Origin: an uncultured virus (IMG/VR IMGVR_UViG_3300001605_000029)
Taxonomy: Duplodnaviria > Heunggongvirae > Uroviricota > Caudoviricetes
IMG/VR virus record: IMGVR_UViG_3300001605_000029
Span: 1-64,000 of that record
DNA: 64,000 nt
Direction: 5' to 3' (one strand)
Shown: positions 1 through 5,031 of the stretch, piece after piece
How positions within the stretch are numbered: the first letter of the stretch is position 1
Layout of the letters: every line of letters begins with the position of its first letter
The notes under the pieces: model-generated
Database searches by the model: none
Told to the model about the DNA's origin: nothing
The model's input: the letters and a program-made list of their open reading frames with translations, nothing else
Made by a program: the position numbers and the translations under genes

Positions 1-39
1 CTGTGCCAACCCAGACCAATTACGGGATCTAAGTTGACA

Positions 40-63
40 CTATCGTTTACCTGAACGTTTCAT
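40..63 (-). CDS. Putative leader minigene MKRSGKR(TAG)
   Basis: ATG at 63, GAGGT Shine-Dalgarno at 70-74, directly behind a consensus promoter; frame stays open past the TAG to the window edge. Confidence 0.35.
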   Translation of the reverse strand: MKRSGKR

Positions 64-91
64 GTCATTACCTCTTTTGTTTAAAAAATTA

Positions 92-120
92 ATTATACAA
101 CCTTTTGCAGTAGTTGTCAA
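92..120 (-). promoter_or_regulatory. sigma70-type promoter
   Basis: TTGACA-17 bp-TATAAT, perfect consensus. Confidence 0.8.
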
Positions 121-129
121 CTGTTTTCT

Positions 130-204
130 TGGCGCCCACATATGGAATCGAACCACAATCCCCGGCTTCGTAGACCAGTGTATTATCCATTATACTATGC
201 GGGC
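130..204 (-). tRNA. tRNA-Arg(ACG)
   Basis: Cloverleaf, loop CTACGAA, TTCGA T-loop, encoded CCA. Confidence 0.9.
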
Positions 205-209
205 AAAAT

Positions 210-280
210 TGGTTGCGGGGGAAGTATTCGAAACCTCTGGGCCGAGCTTATGAGACTGACCGATCGCCTGAATCCCCGCA
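210..280 (-). tRNA. Atypical tRNA-Met/fMet-like (CAT)
   Basis: TGCGGGG/CCCCGCA acceptor, loop CTCATAA, CCA; reduced D-arm and weak anticodon stem. Confidence 0.6.
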
Positions 281-286
281 ATACAC

Positions 287-357
287 TGGTGCACCTAACG
301 GGAATCGAACCCGTCTACTTCTGGCTTCAAATCCAGCTAGTAAACCATTCCAGCGCA
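287..357 (-). ncRNA. Degenerate tRNA-like RNA (TTG-containing loop)
   Basis: Good T-arm (ACGGG TTCGATT CCCGT) and CCA; imperfect acceptor, no clear D-arm, irregular anticodon loop. Confidence 0.5.
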
Positions 358-363
358 TAAATC

Positions 364-617
364 TGGCTTCGTTAGCAGGACTCGAACCTGCGATAAGGGC
401 TCTAAATCGCGTATGCTGGGTGCCCCCGTGTTTCCCAAAGTTACCCTCACATCCCCTCAGCGCCTTATCTCACTTTCGTCTATTGCAACCTGTTCCGCAC
501 TTCCCGGACTCACAGTGTTTGGTTTTTTACAGCCTACGCGATTGTTATTGCAATATCTTACTGGTGCCTTATCTCACCTACTCAATGCTACTCTACCTTC
601 CTCTACACTATAACGAA
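364..617 (-). ncRNA. 254-nt tRNA-like RNA with large structured insert
   Basis: 5' TTCGTTA pairs with 3' TAACGAA-G-CCA; T-arm GCAGG TTCGAGT CCTGC; insert contains AATCGCGTA/TACGCGATT and repeated GTGAGATAAGGC. Confidence 0.65.
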
Positions 618-624
618 ATAAACT

Positions 625-702
625 TGGTGGACGATAGTGGAATCGAACCACTGCCACGGCAGGGTTACTGCCGCCTGTTATCCTTTACAACAGTCATCGC
701 CC
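625..702 (-). ncRNA. tRNA-like RNA with G3.U70 acceptor and non-canonical anticodon arm
   Basis: GGGCGAT/ATCGTCC-A-CCA, T-arm, 5-bp D stem, 7-bp stem GCGGCAG/CTGCCGT around TAACC. Confidence 0.65.
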
Positions 703-788
703 ATATAGAAACACACTATGGGAGGGTCCATAGTCATACCCGAAACCTAGCGTCGGGGCACATCACCTCAATCGGCGTGCTTTTATAT
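703..788 (-). ncRNA. Structured RNA with AAAGCACGC/GTGTGTTT closing stem (copy A)
   Basis: Long terminal helix plus internal hairpins CCCGA/TCGGG and CTATGG/CCATAG. Confidence 0.5.
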
Positions 789-928
789 GGTGTAGTAAAC
801 AGGATTCGAACCTGCCTAGTCATCCGTTTTCTTCAATGGGTAACGTTACCTCCCATCGCCATATGCCCCTCGGATTAATTAGATCCTACTCACATACAGA
901 CAAACAACTTGTCAACCAAACTTACCAC
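788..928 (-). ncRNA. 141-nt tRNA-like RNA with G3.U70 acceptor
   Basis: GTGGTAA/TTACTAC-A-CCA and T-arm GCAGG TTCGAAT CCTGT; enlarged body without canonical anticodon arm. Confidence 0.65.
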
Positions 929-934
929 ATAAAT

Positions 935-1010
935 TGGTGGAAGATATCGGAATCGAACCGATCAGGCTATCTGCTTGCAAAGCAAATCCGGGTGCCCAAG
1001 CCCATCCCCC
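935..1010 (-). tRNA. tRNA-Ala(TGC)
   Basis: Loop TTTGCAA, G3.U70, CCA. Confidence 0.88.
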
Positions 1011-1026
1011 ATTTAAAAACTCTTTG

Positions 1027-1102
1027 CTCCGCATCTGGGTAACGATCCCAGCTAAACACGGATTAACAGTCCGGCCCATGCACCATGCTCGGGTTCTGCG
1101 GA
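1027..1102 (-). tRNA. tRNA-Asn(GTT), no encoded CCA
   Basis: Loop CTGTTAA, T-loop ATCGTTA, flanking inverted repeat. Confidence 0.75.
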
Positions 1103-1125
1103 GCAAAGAATTCTCTTTGCGTGTT

Positions 1126-1200
1126 TGGCGGTCCCAAGGGGTAACGATCCCCTTCTTCTAGCGTGACAGGCTAGTGTGCGTCCATGAACACTTTGAGACC
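1126..1200 (-). tRNA. tRNA-Asp(GTC)
   Basis: Loop CTGTCAC, T-loop ATCGTTA, G discriminator, CCA. Confidence 0.85.
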
Positions 1201-1298
1201 TAAATTCAGACCCTTGTTTTGATAAAGCAGACAATGGCTAGATTTTACTGCTTTTACTCTACACACTTTTCTTTGTGTAAAAACTCTTTCGAGATTCT

Positions 1299-1385
1299 TG
1301 GTGGAGACGACTGGAGTCGAACCAGTAGTGCCTTTCGGGCGGCGGATTTACAGTCCACTGGGGTTACCAATTTTCCTACATCTCC
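1299..1385 (-). tRNA. tRNA-Tyr(GTA)
   Basis: Loop CTGTAAA, long variable arm, CCA. Confidence 0.9.
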
Positions 1386-1392
1386 ATAAACT

Positions 1393-1442
1393 TGGTGGAG
1401 GTCGTTACACTTATCAAGTGTCGGTGATTAGCCTTGACCCCC
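1393..1442 (-). ncRNA. 50-nt mini-tRNA lacking a T-arm
   Basis: GGGGGTC/GACCTCC-A-CCA acceptor (G3.U70) and ACAC TTGATAA GTGT anticodon-like hairpin. Confidence 0.6.
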
Positions 1443-1449
1443 ATAAACT

Positions 1450-1525
1450 TGGCGCCGTCGACGGGAATCGAACCCGCCTAAATCTGATAGACAATCAGGT
1501 GCCCTACCCAGAGGACTACAACGGC
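1450..1525 (-). tRNA. tRNA-Asp(GTC), second copy
   Basis: Loop TTGTCTA (pyrimidine at 37), CCA. Confidence 0.85.
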
Positions 1526-1530
1526 AAAAC

Positions 1531-1629
1531 TAATAACACGAGCATAACATTAACCAGTTATGCTCGCCACTCTCATCCCAAGCCGGCGGGGAGACTGAAT
1601 GCCATCCTACAGTACGTCGAGTGTTGTTA
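1531..1629 (-). ncRNA. Structured RNA with AACAACAC/GTGTTATT closing stem (copy D)
   Basis: Terminal helix plus 9-bp hairpin GAGCATAAC/GTTATGCTC. Confidence 0.45.
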
Positions 1630-1632
1630 ACT

Positions 1633-1707
1633 TGGTACTCCGGACGGGTATCGATCCCGCTTCTCCACCTTGAAAGGGTAGCGTCCTAGCCACTAGACGA
1701 CCGGAGT
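1633..1707 (-). tRNA. tRNA-Glu(TTC)
   Basis: Loop CTTTCAA, T-loop ATCGATA, CCA. Confidence 0.87.
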
Positions 1708-1712
1708 ATAAT

Positions 1713-1825
1713 TCACTATATGCAAACACACTAAACAAATCGTGCCTCCCTAGTTTGTCGCTAAGTTCCAACATGAGGATCAAGTACGGTTCGGCGTACC
1801 ACGATAGTGTGTTTACATATAGTGA
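1713..1825 (-). ncRNA. Structured RNA with 21-bp closing stem (copy B)
   Basis: TCACTATATGTAAACACACTA/TAGTGTGTTTGCATATAGTGA with internal ATCGTG/CACGAT and GTACG/CGTAC helices. Confidence 0.55.
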
Positions 1826-1893
1826 CTGCTTCCCAGCAGTATATATGTATTTTACGTTTTTAAAGAACACAGTTAATTTCTTAACATGTGTTT

Positions 1894-1922
1894 ATTGTAG
1901 CAAAGTTTTTTGACTTTGTCAA
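1894..1922 (-). promoter_or_regulatory. sigma70-type promoter inside tRNA array
   Basis: TTGACA-17-TACAAT. Confidence 0.7.
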
Positions 1923-1960
1923 TAAGTATTTTGTTGTACTTTTACAACACTACTAACACT

Positions 1961-2034
1961 TGGTGCGGGGTAAGGGAATCGAACCCTTAACTACTGGGTG
2001 GAAGCCAGTGATCTTACCATTAAACGAACCACGC
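1961..2034 (-). tRNA. tRNA-Gly(TCC)
   Basis: Loop CTTCCAC, CCA. Confidence 0.9.
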
Positions 2035-2041
2035 ATACGTT

Positions 2042-2116
2042 TGGCCCCTGAGGTTACTGTCGAAAGTAACATTCCCAACTATTAACAAGGCTTGCGCGGG
2101 CCTGTCAAACTCAAGG
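2042..2116 (-). ncRNA. Aberrant tRNA-like RNA
   Basis: CCTTGAG/CTCAGGG-G-CCA acceptor, T-like arm GTTACT TTCGAC AGTAAC, one long hairpin replacing the D and anticodon arms. Confidence 0.5.
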
Positions 2117-2123
2117 ATAAAAT

Positions 2124-2199
2124 TGGTGCAACCTGTAGGGATCGAACCTACTTCAATGGCTCTTCAGACCACCGCTATGACCACATCAGCTAAAGTTGC
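2124..2199 (-). tRNA. tRNA-Phe(GAA)
   Basis: Loop CTGAAGA, CCA. Confidence 0.9.
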
Positions 2200-2205
2200 A
2201 TTGTT

Positions 2206-2279
2206 TGGTGCCCCATGACAGAATCGAACTGCCGTAACCTGATTACAAAACAGGTGTAATGCCATTATACTAATAGGGC
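2206..2279 (-). tRNA. tRNA-Thr(TGT)
   Basis: Loop TTTGTAA, CCA. Confidence 0.9.
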
Positions 2280-2284
2280 GAAAT

Positions 2285-2362
2285 TGGAATAGCGGGTGAG
2301 ATTCGAACTCACGGTTTTACGGATTTGCAATCCGATGCATTGGGCCTCTCTGCCACCGCTAC
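2285..2362 (-). tRNA. tRNA-Cys(GCA)
   Basis: Loop TTGCAAA, U discriminator, CCA. Confidence 0.88.
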
Positions 2363-2371
2363 ATAAAAGCT

Positions 2372-2447
2372 TGGTCTCCATACTAGGATTCGAACCTAGA
2401 CCACACGACCCCAAATCGCGGATGCAACCAGGTAACACTTTACGGAG
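2372..2447 (-). tRNA. tRNA-Pro(TGG)
   Basis: Loop TTTGGGG, CCA. Confidence 0.9.
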
Positions 2448-2457
2448 ATATAAAATT

Positions 2458-2531
2458 TGGTTCCTCCAACAAGAATCGAACTTGTAATGACCGGTTATCA
2501 GCCGATTGTTATACCATTTAACTATAGAGGA
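2458..2531 (-). tRNA. tRNA-Ile(GAT)
   Basis: Loop CTGATAA, CCA. Confidence 0.88.
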
Positions 2532-2543
2532 ATAAACTTATTA

Positions 2544-2618
2544 GGGGTGACCTACGGGTACCGACCCCGTTCTATCACTTTCACAGAGTGAGGTGCTAAA
2601 CCTTTACACTAAGGCCAC
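2544..2618 (-). tRNA. tRNA-His(GTG), atypical
   Basis: Loop CTGTGAA, C discriminator; ends CC(T), T-loop GTCGGTA, no encoded G-1. Confidence 0.75.
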
Positions 2619-2638
2619 ACCTAATAAGTCTAATAATT

Positions 2639-2712
2639 TGGCACGGGAACTAGGGCTCGAACCTAGAACGACAGAGTCAAAGTCTGTTGTGTTACCATTA
2701 CACCATTCCCGA
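2639..2712 (-). tRNA. tRNA-Gln(TTG)
   Basis: Loop CTTTGAC, CCA. Confidence 0.88.
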
Positions 2713-2720
2713 ACAAAACT

Positions 2721-2794
2721 TGGCGTACCCACTAGGACTCGAACCTAGACTGACGGTTTTGGAGACCGCGATGCTGCCATTACACTATGGATAC
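2721..2794 (-). tRNA. tRNA-Trp(CCA)
   Basis: Loop CTCCAAA, CCA. Confidence 0.9.
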
Positions 2795-2801
2795 ATTAAC
2801 T

Positions 2802-2875
2802 TGGTGCGGGGTAAGGGAATCGAACCCTTGACTGAACGTTGGCAACGTTCGGTTATACCATTTAACTAACCACGC
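2802..2875 (-). tRNA. tRNA-Gly(GCC)
   Basis: Loop TTGCCAA; acceptor/T-arm identical to Gly(TCC) copy. Confidence 0.9.
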
Positions 2876-2882
2876 ATTGAAT

Positions 2883-2972
2883 TGGCGGAGCGTGATGGAA
2901 TCGAACCATCACCGGCTACAAACCAGTGGAACAGTTTTCAAGGCTGCTTGTTCACCATGAACTCCACACTCC
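2883..2972 (-). tRNA. tRNA-Ser(TGA)
   Basis: Loop CTTGAAA, long variable arm, CCA. Confidence 0.88.
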
Positions 2973-2980
2973 ATAACTTT

Positions 2981-3058
2981 TGGTCTCCATGGCACGATTC
3001 GAACGTGCAGCCTCCTCGTTCCAAACAAGGCCGTCTACCAGATTGACATTACACAGAG
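2981..3058 (-). tRNA. tRNA-Pro(TGG), second copy
   Basis: Loop TTTGGAA (A37), CCA. Confidence 0.85.
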
Positions 3059-3066
3059 ATTAAATT

Positions 3067-3141
3067 TGGCTCCCCAGCGTGGGATCGAACCACGGACCAA
3101 TTGATTAACAGTCAACTACTCTACCGCTGAGCTACAAGGGA
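3067..3141 (-). tRNA. tRNA-Asn(GTT), second copy
   Basis: Loop CTGTTAA, CCA. Confidence 0.92.
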
Positions 3142-3148
3142 ATAAATT

Positions 3149-3223
3149 TGGTACCGGATGCGAGATTCGAACTTGCGACCAACGCCTTATCAAGGCGCTG
3201 CTCTACCACTGAGCTAACCCGGT
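3149..3223 (-). tRNA. tRNA-Ile(GAT), second copy
   Basis: Loop TTGATAA, CCA. Confidence 0.9.
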
Positions 3224-3228
3224 AAAAT

Positions 3229-3310
3229 TGGTGGATGCGGTAAGATTTGAACTTACACAGTCGAAACGGGAAGGTTACAGCTTCTTGGGCTCGCCAATGC
3301 CAGCACATCC
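3229..3310 (-). tRNA. tRNA-Tyr(GTA), second copy
   Basis: Loop CTGTAAC, long variable arm, CCA. Confidence 0.85.
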
Positions 3311-3313
3311 AAA

Positions 3314-3388
3314 TATTCTAAAACACACTATCATCTATGATGCGACACTTGATTCAGAGTCAAGCCGTTTTAAGTATGTTTTAGAATA
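3314..3388 (-). ncRNA. Structured RNA with 16-bp closing stem (copy C) carrying an anticodon-like hairpin
   Basis: TATTCTAAAACATACT/AGTGTGTTTTAGAATA enclosing CTTGA CTCTGAA TCAAG. Confidence 0.55.
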
Positions 3389-3389
3389 C

Positions 3390-3530
3390 CCTCTATTGCT
3401 AGAGGATATGTTAGGGTCAATGCCCTAACCAGGAGTCTTACTAATCGGTTATCGCCCGACGTTCATGTATCCTGTCCGCCCATTTACAGCAGTGTTTAGA
3501 GTGCGCTGTCAGGATCTCGTTCCCTGGCCA
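3390..3530 (-). ncRNA. Candidate multi-helix ncRNA at head of tRNA array
   Basis: Nested helices CCAGG/CCTGG, ATCCTG/CAGGAT, ACAGC/GCTGT, TCGG/CCGA, GTTAGGG/CCCTAAC. Confidence 0.45.
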
Positions 3531-3670
3531 TATAGGACTTATTACACACTTTTGCTTTACTTGGCAAGCTCTAAAGCCTGCCTTTCTCGCTGTTTAGCGT
3601 TTACTGAAGTGTACATTTTGTTTCTTTCAATCTTGTCAGCAATTAATTTCTTAAATGCCTCCGGACTTAA

Positions 3671-3699
3671 AGTATAACATCTTGTGTACTCTCTGTCAA
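3671..3699 (-). promoter_or_regulatory. sigma70-type promoter
   Basis: TTGACA-17-TATACT. Confidence 0.7.
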
Positions 3700-3733
3700 C
3701 TACTTTCTTTCTATCTATCATCTTTCCTTGCGG

Positions 3734-3769
3734 AAAACAAAAACCCCAGGGTGTTTAGTCCTGGGGTCC
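3734..3769 (-). terminator. Intrinsic terminator of putative attenuator
   Basis: GGACCCCAGG-loop-CCTGGGGTT followed by TTTGTTTT. Confidence 0.8.
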
Positions 3770-3795
3770 TTTTGAAGTTGCTTGCTAGTTACATT

Positions 3796-3951
3796 TTAGG
3801 CGTAACCTGCTCCTTCTTGGGACCCCTGGGTAATCTCCGGTGTGCGATCATATGATAGACTCCCACACTCAATAGATAACCAATTGGAGGCTACAAAGCC
3901 TGCCTGTTTGGGCATCGTATTAAATTGTTGATGTCTGTTAAACGATTGCAT
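3796..3951 (-). CDS. Putative attenuator leader peptide, 51 aa
   Basis: MQSFNRHQQFNTMPKQAGFVASNWLSIECGSLSYDRTPEITQGSQEGAGYA*; 3' end overlaps an antiterminator helix. Confidence 0.65.
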   Translation of the reverse strand: MQSFNRHQQFNTMPKQAGFVASNWLSIECGSLSYDRTPEITQGSQEGAGYA

Positions 3952-4007
3952 TTTGTTCTCTTTTAAAAACTTTTTACATTGACAGCACCATTGCTGCCTA
4001 TGTTTTA

Positions 4008-4121
4008 ATTGTATATTTATTTAGTCTTGTTGTCAACCACTATTTGCATTTCTGGAAAAATAATTTCTAACAATACTAAACATCATGTGCTTATTGTATG
4101 ATAGTTTTATTTAGCTGTCAA
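4008..4121 (-). promoter_or_regulatory. Tandem sigma70-type promoters upstream of leader
   Basis: TTGACA-17-TACAAT at 4008-4036 and 4093-4121, each with TAAATA in the spacer. Confidence 0.75.
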
Positions 4122-4159
4122 GCAAAAAACTACCATATAATACGGCAAAAATTGCCAAT

Positions 4160-4405
4160 TTACGATTCGCTTGAAATTAGTAAGTGTTTACCAATTTCGA
4201 ACAATCCCACACTTCCCGGAAGATCCATAGCAGCAACATGAATTTGACAAACTCCATCGTCATCCATTGAACATGCTACAAATTCCTTGATCTCACCAGA
4301 TTCGATTCCTGTCTTTATATATTCAATTACTTCAAGCATTGCTTTTTTTTGTTCTTCTTCAAATTGCTTGTCTTTACGCTTGTCGTTGATATTGATAATT
4401 TCCAT
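4160..4405 (-). CDS. Hypothetical protein
   Basis: 81-aa ORF with RBS, downstream of clpP. Confidence 0.75.
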   Translation of the reverse strand: MEIININDKRKDKQFEEEQKKAMLEVIEYIKTGIESGEIKEFVACSMDDDGVCQIHVAAMDLPGSVGLFEIGKHLLISSES

Positions 4406-4414
4406 GTTGCTTCC

Positions 4415-5011
4415 TTAACTTAGTATATAGTCTGCTGCACCTAAGTCAATCATTTCTTTGGCCGTTAAGTAAATATCGGTAGTTGTTAACAGCTTTGATT
4501 TAATTTTAGAAGTACTGAGTCCGGTCATTGTTTGTAAAATTGCCAACATCCTTGCATTACAGTGCTCGCCTTCTTTCATTTGAGCTTTGAGATCATGATG
4601 TTTACCTTCTGTGGCATCACTGTATTGATGGCACATAATTCCAGTGTTGGGTGCTATAAATCGGTTGCCCGGAGTTCCCGAAACAAAAATTAAAAAGGCA
4701 GCGCTCATAATGTTACCGATACCTATAGTTCGAATTGGTACGTGACTGGTCTGCATTATATCAATTAATGCAAACGCTTGATATAGGTCGCCGCCATGAC
4801 TATTAATATAAAGAGTCAGTTCTTTATTTTTGGAAATTTCGATATTTTCATAAGTAATCCATTTGATTGTATCTAGAATATTCTCTTCGGAAATTTCACC
4901 GACTAGAAAGTGTACAGAATTTTCTAGTAGTTTAGAATCGATTCTGTCCTTGGCGTTAAAATCCTCAATTTTTTTCAAGATTGTTCCTTTGGATTCATTA
5001 TTACTTATCAT
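4415..5011 (-). CDS. clpP: ClpP-like protease subunit
   Basis: LYINSHGG, SAAFLIF, IMCHQ motifs; true start may be downstream. Confidence 0.88.
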   Translation of the reverse strand: MISNNESKGTILKKIEDFNAKDRIDSKLLENSVHFLVGEISEENILDTIKWITYENIEISKNKELTLYINSHGGDLYQAFALIDIMQTSHVPIRTIGIGNIMSAAFLIFVSGTPGNRFIAPNTGIMCHQYSDATEGKHHDLKAQMKEGEHCNARMLAILQTMTGLSTSKIKSKLLTTTDIYLTAKEMIDLGAADYILS

Positions 5012-5031
5012 CTAGAACAACTCCGTATCAG

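Noticed and set aside
130..3310. CRISPR array or tandem repeat
   Set aside because: The recurring TGG...TCGAACC units are tRNA 3' ends; no constant repeat-spacer pattern or cas genes.
62..3855. Plus-strand ORFs over the tRNA array
   Set aside because: Antisense shadows of tRNA genes, with recurring GIEP/GLEP from T-arms.
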